A DNA stretch of 64,000 bases from Bacteroidales bacterium (GCA_045222555.1 JBGUYY010000082.1:19094-83093), one strand, 5' to 3'. Numbered from the stretch's first letter, positions 39,190 through 50,400 are shown. The notes: generated from the letters alone by a model not told the origin. Program-made: numbers and translations.

Positions 39190-39201
39190 AATTCAGCGAT
39201 T

Positions 39202-40251
39202 ATGTCGGTTTACATTCTTGGTGTAGAATCCTCCTGTGATGACACTTCCGCAGCGGTGGTGGAGGGCACTTCGATATTGTCGAATGTCATTGCCTCTCAG
39301 CGAGTTCATGCCGAATACGGAGGGGTTGTCCCCGAGCTCGCATCGCGTGCTCACCAGCAGAATATCATCCCAGTTGTGGACACTGCACTTAAGCGTGCAA
39401 AGATACACAAAAATCAAATATCTGCGATAGCTTATACAAATGGTCCCGGACTTTTAGGTTCATTGCTCGTAGGAAGTTCATTTTCTAAGGCGATGGCTTT
39501 CAGTTTGGGGGTTCCGCTCATCGAGGTGGACCACCTTCAGGCGCATGTCTTGGCTAATTTTTTGGAGAAAAAAGACGAAGTGAAGGAAAAACCCGAATTT
39601 CCGTTCCTATGTCTGACCGTCTCGGGCGGGCACACGCTCCTGTTGAAGGTGAACGACTATTTCGACATGGAAATCATCGGGCGGACGATTGACGATGCGG
39701 CGGGTGAGGCCTTCGACAAGGCGGCGAAAATCCTCGGGCTCCCCTACCCCGGCGGTCCCGTCATCGACAAGCTGGCACAGACTGGCGACCCGAAGCGGTT
39801 CAGCTTCGCCATCGCCCACCTCCCCGGCCTCGACTACAGCTTCAGCGGTCTCAAGACCTCCTTCCTCTACTTTGTGCGCGACCGCCTCAAGGAAGATGAG
39901 CATTTCATCGAAAATAACCTCGCCGACCTGGCCGCCTCCATGCAATATGCCATCATCAAATCGTTGAGCAACAAGGTGGAAAAGGCCGTCAAGGAGCTGC
40001 GTTGCCGCGACCTCGTCATCGCCGGCGGCGTGTCGGCCAACAGCGGCCTCAAAGCCGCCATGCAACGCATCGCCGACAAATACCACCGCCGCCTCTTCGT
40101 GCCCACCATCGACCTCACCACCGACAATGCCGCCATGATCGCCGTATGCGGCTACTTCAAATACTTGCAGAACGACTTCTCCACCATCCATGCCGCCCCC
40201 TACTCCACCGCAGGCCTCACCCTCAAAACACTTACCGAACTTCCCAAATAA
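39202..40251 (+). CDS. tsaD: tRNA N6-adenosine threonylcarbamoyltransferase
   Basis: MSVYILGVESSCDDTSAAV, GGVVPELASRAH and VSGGHT motifs. The upstream part of the 829-aa ORF is antisense to tamB. Confidence 0.95.
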   Translation: MSVYILGVESSCDDTSAAVVEGTSILSNVIASQRVHAEYGGVVPELASRAHQQNIIPVVDTALKRAKIHKNQISAIAYTNGPGLLGSLLVGSSFSKAMAFSLGVPLIEVDHLQAHVLANFLEKKDEVKEKPEFPFLCLTVSGGHTLLLKVNDYFDMEIIGRTIDDAAGEAFDKAAKILGLPYPGGPVIDKLAQTGDPKRFSFAIAHLPGLDYSFSGLKTSFLYFVRDRLKEDEHFIENNLADLAASMQYAIIKSLSNKVEKAVKELRCRDLVIAGGVSANSGLKAAMQRIADKYHRRLFVPTIDLTTDNAAMIAVCGYFKYLQNDFSTIHAAPYSTAGLTLKTLTELPK

Positions 40252-40277
40252 TTCTCACCTCTCAATTTTCAATTCCC
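40252..40277 (-). repeat. GA-rich heptamer array, about 3.7 units, minus orientation
   Basis: The reverse complement reads gggaatt gaaaatt gagaggt gagaa. It fills the tsaD-holA spacer. Confidence 0.65.
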
Positions 40278-41270
40278 ATGAAGAGCACCTACCAAGAAAT
40301 CCTCAAAAAGCTGCAACAAAAGCAGTTCGCCAATGTATATTTTCTTGCTGGCGAAGAGCCGCTGTTCATCGACAAAATCTCCGACTACATCGAAGAGAAC
40401 GTGATGGACGAAGCCGACCGCGACTTCAACCAGTCGGTGTACTATGCCAAAGAGACTAACCCCGCGGAAGTCATCGCACAGGCCCGTGAGTTCCCCTTCG
40501 GCGTAGACAAAAGAGTGGTGATCGTGAAAGAGGCCAAAGAGTGGCGTTCCCTCGACCTCATCATGGCCTACTGCGCCAACCCCACCACTACCACCATCCT
40601 CGTCATCTGCTACAAATACGGCAAAATGCCATCCAACAAAGCGCTTGACGATGCTGTAACCTTCAACTCTGAAAAAGTGAAAGATTGGAAGCTCGGCGAA
40701 TGGGTGGAAGCCTGCGCCAAGGAACATTCTTTCATGATTTCCAAAGATTCAGCTAACCTCATCGCAGAACATATCGGCAACGACTTATCGCGCATCGACA
40801 ATGAGTTCACCAAACTGCGCATCACCTATCCCGAAGGCACTACCATCACCCCTGAAATCATCGACCGACATATCGGCATCAGCAACCAGTACAATCTGAG
40901 CGCCCTGCGCGACGCCCTCTGCGAACGCAACGAGACCAAGGCCTTCACCATCGTCAATGCTTTCTGCCAGAACCTGAAAGCCAACCCGTTGCAGGCCGCC
41001 ATCGGTAGTCTGTACTACCTCTACAGCGGAATGCTCAAGTACCAGCTCGCCCCCACCAAAAATCTGGAAGAGCAACGCCTCTGCTTCGGCCCGCGCCGCT
41101 CGGAGGCACAGCTGCGCCGCGATGTGGCCATCACCTCCGGCTTCTCCAAACAAGCCCTCGTGCGCAACCTTGCTTTGTTGCGCGAATTTGATGTAAAATC
41201 GAAAGGTGTGGACTGCAATACTTCCGAAGAAGAATTATATAAGGAATTGATTTACAAACTTTTACATTAA
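40278..41270 (+). CDS. holA: DNA polymerase III subunit delta
   Basis: N-terminal YFLAGEEPLFIDKISDYI, with length and helix-rich C-terminus typical of HolA. Confidence 0.85.
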   Translation: MKSTYQEILKKLQQKQFANVYFLAGEEPLFIDKISDYIEENVMDEADRDFNQSVYYAKETNPAEVIAQAREFPFGVDKRVVIVKEAKEWRSLDLIMAYCANPTTTTILVICYKYGKMPSNKALDDAVTFNSEKVKDWKLGEWVEACAKEHSFMISKDSANLIAEHIGNDLSRIDNEFTKLRITYPEGTTITPEIIDRHIGISNQYNLSALRDALCERNETKAFTIVNAFCQNLKANPLQAAIGSLYYLYSGMLKYQLAPTKNLEEQRLCFGPRRSEAQLRRDVAITSGFSKQALVRNLALLREFDVKSKGVDCNTSEEELYKELIYKLLH

Positions 41271-41276
41271 TATTAT

Positions 41277-41681
41277 ATGAATATAGAAAGCAAAGCCGAG
41301 CATATTGAAGCCAGCAGCCAGAAGGTGTATGAAATGCTGTGCGACTGCCGAAACTTCGAGCAGATGGCCACGCAGCAGCAGATTCAGAACTGGCATGCCG
41401 AAGAGGACTTCTGCGAGTTTGAAGTGAGCGGCATCGCCCAAATCACCCTGCGCATTCAGGAGAAGCAGCCTTACAGCCGCATCACCTACACGGTAGGCAA
41501 CGACAAGGGAATTTCCGCCTCCTGCACCTTTGACCTCACAGGTGACGAGACAAGCTGCGACCTCGCCCTCGCCATGCAGCTGGACATCCCCGTTTTCCTT
41601 GCCCCCATGGTCAAGGCACCCATGCAAAAATTTGCCGATACCCTCACCAACGCCATCAAGATGGCGGCCACCAAAAAATAA
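41277..41681 (+). CDS. SRPBCC/START-like small protein (tentative)
   Basis: 134-aa ORF in an operon position between holA and lptB. The family assignment is only a guess. Confidence 0.45.
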   Translation: MNIESKAEHIEASSQKVYEMLCDCRNFEQMATQQQIQNWHAEEDFCEFEVSGIAQITLRIQEKQPYSRITYTVGNDKGISASCTFDLTGDETSCDLALAMQLDIPVFLAPMVKAPMQKFADTLTNAIKMAATKK

Positions 41682-41684
41682 GCC

Positions 41685-42434
41685 ATGGAAGAAACCACCC
41701 ACATCATCCGAACGGAAAAGTTAGTGAAGAAATACCACTCCCGCACCGTGGTCAACGAGGCGAGCCTCAACGTGCGGCAGGGAGAGATTGTAGGACTGCT
41801 CGGCCCTAACGGGGCTGGCAAGACCACCTCATTTTACATGATTGTCGGACTCATCCGGCCGCTGTCAGGTCATATTTTCCTTGATAATGATGACATTACC
41901 AATATGGCCATGTACAAGCGCGCCCAGTTGGGCATCTCATACCTTCCGCAAGAGGCCTCCGTGTTTCGCGACATGACCGTTGAGAAGAACATCCTGTCCA
42001 TCTTGCAGTTCAGCGGTCGCAGCCGTGCCGAACAAAAGGAGCGGATGGAGAGCCTGCTGACGGAGTTCAACCTGCACAAGGTGAGGAAGAACCTCGGCAA
42101 GAATCTCTCCGGCGGGGAGCGACGCCGTACCGAGATTGCCCGCTGTCTGGCCGCCGACCCGAAGTTCATCCTCCTCGATGAGCCCTTCGCCGGTGTGGAC
42201 CCTATCGCCGTGGAAGACATCCAGGAGATTGTGGCCAAACTGAAGACCAAGAACATCGGCATCCTCATCACCGACCACAACGTGCACGAGACGCTCGCCA
42301 TCACCGACCGCGCCTATATCCTGCACGAAGGCACAGTGCTACGTACCGGCACCGCCCAGGAGCTCGCCGACGACGAATTTGTACGGAAAGTCTATCTCGG
42401 AAAGAACTTCGAGCTTCGCAAAACCGACCGGTAA
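41685..42434 (+). CDS. lptB: LPS export ABC transporter ATP-binding protein
   Basis: Walker [10 protein letters not shown], signature LSGGERRR and Walker [12 protein letters not shown], with LptB-like length. Confidence 0.9.
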   Translation: MEETTHIIRTEKLVKKYHSRTVVNEASLNVRQGEIVGLLGPNGAGKTTSFYMIVGLIRPLSGHIFLDNDDITNMAMYKRAQLGISYLPQEASVFRDMTVEKNILSILQFSGRSRAEQKERMESLLTEFNLHKVRKNLGKNLSGGERRRTEIARCLAADPKFILLDEPFAGVDPIAVEDIQEIVAKLKTKNIGILITDHNVHETLAITDRAYILHEGTVLRTGTAQELADDEFVRKVYLGKNFELRKTDR

Positions 42435-42458
42435 CCATTTTATTAGCAGTCAATTACC

Positions 42459-44162
42459 ATGACAAACTCCCAACCTAAAAACAAAGGCATCCGTTTTCTC
42501 TATCGGTTCGGCCTTGCCCTACTGTCTGGCATCCTGTTGTGGCTCTCGTGGCCGCCGCACGGCCTCGCCTTCCTCAGCTTTTTTGCCTTCGTGCCCCTGC
42601 TGATGGTGAGCCAGTCATTGGCGGAAGAGGATGCCCGTCTGCCCTTCCTGAAAGGCATGGGCTACTCGTACCTCACCTTTGTCGTTTGGAACATTCTCAC
42701 CACCTGGTGGGTAAAGAACAGCACCATTGAGGGCTGTATCGCCATGGTGGTGCTCAACTCGCTGTTCATGTCGATGGTATTTGGTGGCTGGCAGCGTTTT
42801 CGCAAACTGCGGTTGTCCTTCTGGGTGGACGCCCTCTGTTTCACCGCGTTCTGGTGCGCATGGGAGTTCCTCCACCTCAACTGGGACCTCACCTGGCCGT
42901 GGCTCAACCTCGGCAACGTATTCTCTTCCTGCACCGAATTTGTGCAGTGGTACGAAATTACGGGTGCTTTCGGGGGTACGATTTGGATTTTAGTGGCTAA
43001 CTTCCTGATAGTAGCCTTATTGCAATCGGTACGCCAAGCCGGCAAACGGCGCATCATTGTGGGTAGTGTGCTGCTGGGCTGGCTGATTGTGCCGGCCGCC
43101 GTATCGCTTATCCGTTTCTACACCTATTCCATGCCCACCGAACAGAACCGCCGCTCCATAGAAGCTGTTGTCGTTCAACAAAATACCGACCCGTGGGTAG
43201 AGGAATATGCCATGTCGAATAAAGAACATGCGGCCCGTATCTTGGAGGTGGCACGTCCCCTCATCACCGATAAAACCGACGTGGTGGTATGTTCCGAATC
43301 AGCCCTTGCCAACACGATGAAATACGATGTTTTTATAAACGGACAAGGACGCAGCAGCGAGATATACAACGGTCTCGACCTTTTCGACACCACTATTCTC
43401 ACCCATCCCGACCTTAACTTCATCTTCGGCACCTCCACTGTACAATATTATCCTAACAAAGCCACGGAGACTGCCCGTCTGGCACCCGGTATTGGCCGAC
43501 TGTACTACGACTACTACAACACTTCGGCCTGCTACAACCGCTTCGGGGTGACAGGCACCTACTCCAAGAGCAAATTAGTGCCCGGGGTGGAGAAAATGCC
43601 TTACCCGAAAGTGTTTGGATTTTTGGAAGAATTGGCCATCGACCTGGGTGGAATTTCAGGTTCATTAGGCGAAGACAGTGTGCAACGTGCCTTCCTGATG
43701 CCTGATTGCCAGGTACGTATCGGGGTTCCCATCTGCTACGAGTCGGCGTACGGTGAGCATTTCGGGGAGTTTGTGCGCAACGGTGCGGAGGTGATGGCGG
43801 TCATCACCAACGATGCGTGGTGGGGTGAAACGCCCGGCCACACGCAGCACTTCCTGATGTCGAAGCTGCGCGCAGTGGAAACGCGCCGCAGCATCATGCG
43901 GGCGGCCAACACCGGCACCTCAGCGTTCATCGACGAGCGCGGCACCGCACACCAAACCACACAGTACGGAGTGCGCACCGCCATCCGCCAGAACGTATTT
44001 CTCAATGATCAACTGACTTTCTACACCCGCCACGGCGACTATTTAGCGCGGTTCTTCACCTTCATAGCAGGTGCGATGCTCCTGTTCGGCATCACCCTCG
44101 GCATCGGTCGGAAAGTGCGCAGGCATAAGGCTTCCCGACAGGACGTCACTTCAGCGTCTTGA
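42459..44162 (+). CDS. lnt: apolipoprotein N-acyltransferase
   Basis: Polytopic N-terminus followed by a CN-hydrolase domain (ICYESAYGE, NDAWWG). Confidence 0.85.
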   Translation: MTNSQPKNKGIRFLYRFGLALLSGILLWLSWPPHGLAFLSFFAFVPLLMVSQSLAEEDARLPFLKGMGYSYLTFVVWNILTTWWVKNSTIEGCIAMVVLNSLFMSMVFGGWQRFRKLRLSFWVDALCFTAFWCAWEFLHLNWDLTWPWLNLGNVFSSCTEFVQWYEITGAFGGTIWILVANFLIVALLQSVRQAGKRRIIVGSVLLGWLIVPAAVSLIRFYTYSMPTEQNRRSIEAVVVQQNTDPWVEEYAMSNKEHAARILEVARPLITDKTDVVVCSESALANTMKYDVFINGQGRSSEIYNGLDLFDTTILTHPDLNFIFGTSTVQYYPNKATETARLAPGIGRLYYDYYNTSACYNRFGVTGTYSKSKLVPGVEKMPYPKVFGFLEELAIDLGGISGSLGEDSVQRAFLMPDCQVRIGVPICYESAYGEHFGEFVRNGAEVMAVITNDAWWGETPGHTQHFLMSKLRAVETRRSIMRAANTGTSAFIDERGTAHQTTQYGVRTAIRQNVFLNDQLTFYTRHGDYLARFFTFIAGAMLLFGITLGIGRKVRRHKASRQDVTSAS

Positions 44163-44625
44163 CCGCCTTCGGAGTCCACTTCTCGAAGAAATCCTCCACT
44201 TTTTTCGCATTATATCCCTGTCCTTCTTCCAAATAAGAGGAATCTTGGATGTGGATAACATTCCCCTTTTCATCCAAAATCACCAACACCGGAAAACCGA
44301 AGCGAGCCGGGTTGGAAAGCATCTTCATCGCCTCCGGATTTTTGTTGGCCTTAGAATAATTCACATGGATATAGATAAAATTTTCTTTAACTATCTGATT
44401 AATAGTATCATTTGTAGTGATAAAATCCGAAAAGCGGATGCACCACGGGCACCAGTTGCCACCCACCTGACACACCACATACTTGCCATCCTTGGAGGCC
44501 TCGGAAACGGCATTCTGAATCTGTGCCACAGCGTCAACCTTCTCATCATAGAGAGCTTTCTTTTCTTGGGAGAAAGAAGAATAACTTACTAATAAACAGA
44601 TAGTTAATATTAAAAATCTTTTCAT
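44146..44625 (-). CDS. secreted thioredoxin-fold protein
   Basis: Signal peptide and WCPWC active-site motif. The 3' end overlaps the lnt 3' end by 17 nt. Confidence 0.7.
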   Translation of the reverse strand: MKRFLILTICLLVSYSSFSQEKKALYDEKVDAVAQIQNAVSEASKDGKYVVCQVGGNWCPWCIRFSDFITTNDTINQIVKENFIYIHVNYSKANKNPEAMKMLSNPARFGFPVLVILDEKGNVIHIQDSSYLEEGQGYNAKKVEDFFEKWTPKAVKTLK

Positions 44626-44631
44626 AATGAT

Positions 44632-45819
44632 TTATTTTTCAACATATACCAGCAATCCCTTCAGGTAACTTCCTTCGGGGTGGAAAATATCAACGGGGTG
44701 GTCGGGGCCTGCCTCGAGGTGGCGCAGCACCCGGATGCGCTTGCCCTCCATGGCGGCGGCCGAAAAGACGATGGTCTGGAAGTCGTCGTGCGACACGGCC
44801 TGCGAGCAGGAGAAGGTGAACAGGAAACCGCCCGGCTTCACCTTCTGCATCGCCTTGCGATTGAGGTTGCGATACCCCTTCACGCCCTGCTCTTTCACCT
44901 TGTGGTGCTTGGCGAAAGCGGGTGGGTCGAGCACAATCACATCGTAGCTCTGGTCGGGCGTATGCTCGAAAAAGTCAAACACATTCTCAGCGTATGAGGT
45001 GTGTTTGGCGAGATATTCTTGGCCCAATTCCGCAATGTTGCGCTCCACAAACTCGATGGCCTTTTTGGAGATATCCACCGAATCGACATGCACCGCGCCA
45101 TTGGCCAGGGCGTATGCCGAGAAACCGCCAGTATAGCAGAACAGGTTGAGCACCTTCCGGCCTGCTGAATACTCCCCTACCAGCTTACGGCTCTCTCGCT
45201 GGTCGAGGAAGAATCCAGTTTTCTGTCCATTCACAATGTCAATATAATATGGGATGCCATTCTCGCGCACCAGCACATCGTCGAAACTGCCGTACAGGCA
45301 CTCATCCACCGGCTCGAAACCAGCCACTTCGGGCAGCGTCGCCACACTCTTGTCGTAGATGGAATGCACCTTGTCGCCGAACAGGTCGATGAAAATCTTA
45401 ACCAGCAGGTCGCGCAGCAGGTACATACCGTAGGAGTGGAACTGCAACACGATGTTGCCATCGAACCAGTCCACAATCAGTCCAGGCAGGTAGTCGCCCT
45501 CGCCGTTGATGAGGCGGCAGCAGGTGGTGCGGGGATTGTCCATCAGTCCCAACTGCCGGCGCAGCATCACCGCTTGGCGCACCTTCTCACGCCAGAATGC
45601 CTCATCGGGTTCCACCTCCTCGAAGCTGAAAATCTTGACGCAGGTGGAGCTGTTGTGGTAATGCCCCACCGCCATGAATTGGCCATCGTAGTTATAAACA
45701 GCCACCACATCGCCATCGGCCAACATCTTGTCCTTCTTGGCTATCGCACCGGAAAACACCCATGGGTGGAAGCGTTGCAGCGACTTCTCTTTCCCTTTTT
45801 GCAGGATTATTTTTTTCAT
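44632..45819 (-). CDS. rlmI: 23S rRNA m5C1962 methyltransferase RlmI-like (class I SAM MTase with PUA)
   Basis: N-terminal LQRFHPWVFSGAI, SAM motif LNLFCYTGGFS, and DPPAF. Confidence 0.85.
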   Translation of the reverse strand: MKKIILQKGKEKSLQRFHPWVFSGAIAKKDKMLADGDVVAVYNYDGQFMAVGHYHNSSTCVKIFSFEEVEPDEAFWREKVRQAVMLRRQLGLMDNPRTTCCRLINGEGDYLPGLIVDWFDGNIVLQFHSYGMYLLRDLLVKIFIDLFGDKVHSIYDKSVATLPEVAGFEPVDECLYGSFDDVLVRENGIPYYIDIVNGQKTGFFLDQRESRKLVGEYSAGRKVLNLFCYTGGFSAYALANGAVHVDSVDISKKAIEFVERNIAELGQEYLAKHTSYAENVFDFFEHTPDQSYDVIVLDPPAFAKHHKVKEQGVKGYRNLNRKAMQKVKPGGFLFTFSCSQAVSHDDFQTIVFSAAAMEGKRIRVLRHLEAGPDHPVDIFHPEGSYLKGLLVYVEK

Positions 45820-45843
45820 TATTGAAAATTTTTCTAATAAAAA

Positions 45844-46905
45844 CTACTCGTCATCCTCTTCCAACTGCTTATGTTTCGCATAGTTGCGCCATTTTTCCAC
45901 CACCTCAGCCATATCAGCGGGAAGTTCCGAATCGAACAGCATGTACTTCCCGGTCACGGGGTGTACGAAACCCAACGACTTGGCGTGAAGGGCCTGCCGC
46001 GGAAGGGTTTTGAAACAGTTGTTGATGAACTGCTTGTATTTGGTGAAGGTGGTGCCTTTCAGGATCTCGTTGCCGCCATAGGTTTCGTCGTTGAAGAGCG
46101 GGTGTCCGATATGCTTCATGTGCACGCGGATCTGATGGGTGCGGCCGGTCTCGAGCTGGCATTCCACCATGGTGACGTAGCCAAAGCGCTCCACCACCTT
46201 GTAGTGGGTGACAGCGTGCTTGCCCTGCTCGCTGCCTTCGGGGAAGACAGTCATCACAAGGCGGTTTTTGGGATCACGGCCCACGTTGCCGACAACCGTT
46301 CCCTCATCATCGGGAAAGTCGCCCCACACGAGGGCACGGTACCGCCGTTCGATACTGTGTTCGAAGAAGTTGGCGGCCAGTTTCATCTGGGCGATTTCCG
46401 ACTTGGCCACAATCATGATGCCAGAGGTGTTCTTGTCGATGCGGTGCACCAGTAGCGGTTTCACCTCCTCGCCGGTGGCTGTCTTCTGGCCTTGGAAGTG
46501 CCACAGCAGCGCATTGACGAGCGTGCCCGTGAAGTTGCCCACGGCGGGATGCACCACCATGCCGGCCGGCTTGTTGATGACAATGACATCCTCATCCTCA
46601 TAGACAATATCCAACGGAATATCCTCCGCAATGAGTTCAAACACATGGACGGGACGGGGCAGCAGGATGCTGATGACATCGCGGGGATGCACGCGGTAAT
46701 TCGACTTGACGGGCTTGTCGTTCACCAGGATACAGTCGGCCTTGGCCGCCTGCTGGATGCGGTTGCGCGAGGTGTGCGCCATCAGGTTGGTGAGGTAGCG
46801 GTCGAGCCGGACGATTTCCGTGCCCGGATCCACCACAAAGCGAAAATGTTCGAACAATTCCTCTTTCTCGCCGCTGGTCTCCTCTAAAATTTCATCATTT
46901 TCCAT
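45844..46905 (-). CDS. rluD: RluA-family 23S rRNA pseudouridine synthase RluD
   Basis: S4 domain followed by HRIDKNTSG (catalytic Asp) and GRTHQIRVH motifs. Confidence 0.9.
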   Translation of the reverse strand: MENDEILEETSGEKEELFEHFRFVVDPGTEIVRLDRYLTNLMAHTSRNRIQQAAKADCILVNDKPVKSNYRVHPRDVISILLPRPVHVFELIAEDIPLDIVYEDEDVIVINKPAGMVVHPAVGNFTGTLVNALLWHFQGQKTATGEEVKPLLVHRIDKNTSGIMIVAKSEIAQMKLAANFFEHSIERRYRALVWGDFPDDEGTVVGNVGRDPKNRLVMTVFPEGSEQGKHAVTHYKVVERFGYVTMVECQLETGRTHQIRVHMKHIGHPLFNDETYGGNEILKGTTFTKYKQFINNCFKTLPRQALHAKSLGFVHPVTGKYMLFDSELPADMAEVVEKWRNYAKHKQLEEDDE

Positions 46906-46923
46906 ACTTCAAAAATAAGCGGG

Positions 46924-46931
46924 CAAAGATA
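46924..46931 (-). promoter_or_regulatory. -7 promoter box TATCTTTG (minus strand)
   Basis: 19 nt upstream of the rluD ATG at 46905. Confidence 0.6.
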
Positions 46932-46954
46932 CAAAAATGTTGGCAATAAATTTG

Positions 46955-46962
46955 TACTTTTG
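46955..46962 (+). promoter_or_regulatory. -7 promoter box TACTTTTG
   Basis: 19 nt upstream of ATG 46981. It contains the TTG that opens the longer ORF. Confidence 0.6.
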
Positions 46963-46980
46963 CACTCCAAAACCGCAACC

Positions 46981-47472
46981 ATGAACGGAGACCCGAAATT
47001 ATACCAGCTTTTAGAGGAACTGAACATCCCTTTTGAATATTTGGAGCATCCCGCCGCCCCCACCATTGAGATTGCCAAGCAATATTGGGCGGGGCATGAT
47101 GCCAAGCACTGCAAAAACCTCTTTTTCCGCAACCACAAAGGCAACCAGCACTACTTGGTGTGCCTCGACTGCGACCGTGTGATGGACATCCACGACATCG
47201 AGAAAAAACTGCATCAGGGCAAGTTGAGTTTTGCTTCAGAGCAGCGGCTGATGAAATATTTAGGGGTAACGCCCGGATCGGTCACGCCGTTCGGTCTCAT
47301 CAACGACGTGGAGCATCATGTTATCGTATTCTTAGACAGCAACTTGCTACAAGCCGAGAAGGTCAGCTTCCACCCGTGCATCAACACCGCATCGCTGATC
47401 ATCCGCCGCGAAGACCTGGTGCGTTTCATCGAGCACCAAGGCAACCGCTACGAGTGGATGGAGGTGTATTAG
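46981..47472 (+). CDS. YbaK/prolyl-tRNA synthetase-associated (ProX-like) deacylase domain protein
   Basis: LEHPAAPTIE...HCKNLFFRN...GVTPGSVTPFG pattern typical of the YbaK/ProX family. Confidence 0.8.
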   Translation: MNGDPKLYQLLEELNIPFEYLEHPAAPTIEIAKQYWAGHDAKHCKNLFFRNHKGNQHYLVCLDCDRVMDIHDIEKKLHQGKLSFASEQRLMKYLGVTPGSVTPFGLINDVEHHVIVFLDSNLLQAEKVSFHPCINTASLIIRREDLVRFIEHQGNRYEWMEVY

Positions 47473-47481
47473 AAGTGAGAC

Positions 47482-50400
47482 TCATCCCCACTTCACGAGG
47501 GAGAGATCCATGTCGTGCGGCAACAGCGGGTGCTGCGGGATGAGGCGTAACGCCCAGTTCCATACACCCGCCACCTTGGCATCCAACGGACACACAAAGC
47601 GAGCCACCCCGTTCTGGTAACTGTCGAGCTTGAAGGCGTATTTGCTGAAAAGCCGCATGCGTCCCTCTTTGCTGCGGGTGAACACGATCTCCAACTTCAC
47701 CTCTTCGGGCTGTAACGTGCCCAGCTCCACCTCGGCATAGATCTCGCGGGTGAAACCAAGATAGAAGGTGCTGTCGGGGTCGGAAGGCAGATTGTTTTGC
47801 AGGAAACGCACGTTGCCCCAGGCCGAAAGCACACGGTTCTTCCACTGCACCAGCTCCTTCAGCTTCTCGCCACCATCAGCGGTCAGCATCTCGCTGCGCT
47901 GCTGCAACTTGCTGTAAAATTGCTGGTAATAGTCATCGAGCTGGCGCTTCATAGTGAAATGGGGCGAAATCTTCGCAAAGCAGTTCTTCATCATGCCGGT
48001 CCACTCCAACGGGATGCCTTCGGTGCGACAGTAGAAGGCGGGCGCAATCTGCTCCTCGAAGATGGCATAGATGTTGGCGGCATCGAGTTCGTCCTGGCGA
48101 TGCACATCGGCATAGGTAATCTGCTCATCTACAGCCCAACCCGCACCCTGCACATAACCTTCTGCCCACCAGCCGTCCAACACGCTGAAGTTGAGCACAC
48201 CGTTCATCACGGCCTTCTCGCCGCTGGTGCCGCTGGCCTCCAACGGACGCGTCGGCGTGTTGAGCCACACATCGCAGCCCGAAATCAACTTCTTGGCCAG
48301 CACCATGTCGTAATTCTCCACAAAGATAATCTTGCCAATATATTCCGGTCGTCTCGAGAAGTCGATGATGCGCTTGATGAGGTCCTGACCGGCCTTGTCG
48401 TGCGGGTGAGCCTTGCCAGCGAAGATGAACTGCATCGGATGCTGCGGATTGTTGAGCAGCGCATACAGTCTCTCCTCGTTGGTGAAGAGCAGATGGGCGC
48501 GCTTGTAGGTGGCGAAACGGCGGGCGAACCCCACGGTAAGCACATCGTCGCGGATGGCCTTCACGGTCTTCATGATCAACGCAGGCGGGTCGTTGCGGCG
48601 ACGCATCTGGCTCTCTACCAGTTCCTTAACACTCTTTATCAGTTCTTTGCGCAACTCCTCCTTGAGATTCCAAATGTCCTTGTCGGAGGCTTCGTAAATC
48701 TTACTCCACAGCTCTTCGTTGGAGATGTCTTTCTTGAAATCCTTAGCCAGCAACTGCTGGTGGAACTGCTGCCAACGTTTGTGCGCCCAGGTGGGATAAT
48801 GCACGCCGTTGGTGACATAGCCGATGTGCAGCTCGTCGGAGAAACGGCCGTCGTACAAATACTCGAACATGTCGCGGGTGACGCGGCCATGGATGCAACT
48901 CACGCCATTGACCTCCTGACAGAAACGGCAGGCAAGAATGCTCATCGAGAACTTCTCCTCGGCATTGGAGGCGCGCTTGCGACCCAGTCCCATAAACTGC
49001 TGCCAGCTGATGTTGAACAGGTCGGGAAAGCGCGAGAAATAAACGCGCATCATATCCTCGCTGAAGGCGTCGTGGCCGGCGGGAACGGGCGTGTGGGTGG
49101 TGAACAGCGAGGAGGCTTTCACCAGCTCCATGGCCTCGGGGAACGAAAGATGCTCGCGCTCCATCAGCATACGGGTACGTTCCAGCGAAAGGAAGGAGGC
49201 GTGGCCCTCGTTGAGATGGAAAATCTCAGGTTTCTCCCCTACCATATCCAGCAGACGAACACCGCCAATACCTAACAGAAACTCCTGTTTGAGACGGTTT
49301 TCCCAATCGCCACCGTACAGGTTGGCGGTAATTTTGCGGTCGTCGGGATTATTTTTATCTAAATCTGTATCAAGAAGATATAATCTAATTCTTCCCACGT
49401 CAACACGCCAGATTCTGGCATAGAGCTGACGGCCGGGCAGCGCCATCGCTACGGTCATCCAGTTACCCTCGGCATCGCGCACAGGATGGATGGGCAGCTT
49501 GGAGAAACTCTGCTGCGGGTAGAGGTTGATCTGCTCGCCGTTCGGCGAAATCTGCTGCACGAAATAACCGCAGCGGTACAACAAACCCACCGCCACCATG
49601 TTCACATTGCAATCGCTGGCCTCCTTAAGGTAATCACCCGCCAGCATTCCCAAACCACCCGAATAGATCTTCAGCTCGTTGCTGATGCCGAACTCCATGC
49701 TGAAATAGGCCACCTTCTTTTCAGACCTTGTACAAGGTTCGTTCATATAATTCTGAAAATCAGCATAAACCCTATCCAACTTCTGTACAAACTGCGCATT
49801 GCGGCTGAACTTTTGCAGCACATCCAGCGGCAGCATCTGCAACATGTGAACGGGATTCTGGTTGTACTCGGCCCAGCATCCGGGACCGGCAATCTCCTCG
49901 AACAATTCACGAGCCTCATAATTCCAGCTCCACCACAAATTGTTGGCCAAAGCCTCCAGCTTCACCAGATTATCGGGAAGGTTGGATTTGATGGTGACAC
50001 GCTTCCACTTGGGCTGCTCGCTCTGTTCGGGTTCGGTATTGATGGCAAAATGTGACATTTTATCTTTATAAAATTCAAATCTTAAAGCACTCTTTTCCAA
50101 TGCTTTATCATAAACATTTTCATAATTTTCATATAAATTACTCCACAAAGCCTTGGCAGCGATGGCACGGGCATCGGCAGAAGCCTGCTCTTTCGCTTTG
50201 GCGTCCAAAATGGAGAAATGCAGGACGGCATCCACCATCTGGCGGCACACCTCCTCTTCGTTGGTATCGGTGCGATGGCATACGGTAACGCCCTGCTGCT
50301 GAGCAAAATTGGTCTTCACCCACGCCCCGAAGCCTGCCAACGAGGTGGTAACGGTGGGGATGCCGAACGCCACACTTTCCAGCGGGGTATACCCCCACGG

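Noticed and set aside
37762-39201. 5' two-thirds of the 829-aa + strand ORF 37762..40251.
   Set aside because: This part is antisense to tamB and has no motif. The genuine gene, tsaD, starts at ATG 39202 (MSVYILGVESSCDD).
44146-44162. 17-nt convergent overlap of the lnt and thioredoxin-fold gene 3' ends as a regulatory feature.
   Set aside because: Short convergent overlaps are common in compact genomes, and no structure or motif is associated with it.
47797-49275. 492-aa + strand ORF, together with similar long shadow ORFs at 11530-12393, 18116-18970, 28749-27874, 29267-30340, 32095-33138, 45871-46455 and 53509-54297.
   Set aside because: All lie antisense to or overlap strongly supported genes. 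They have biased Gly/Arg/His/Val composition and no family signature.
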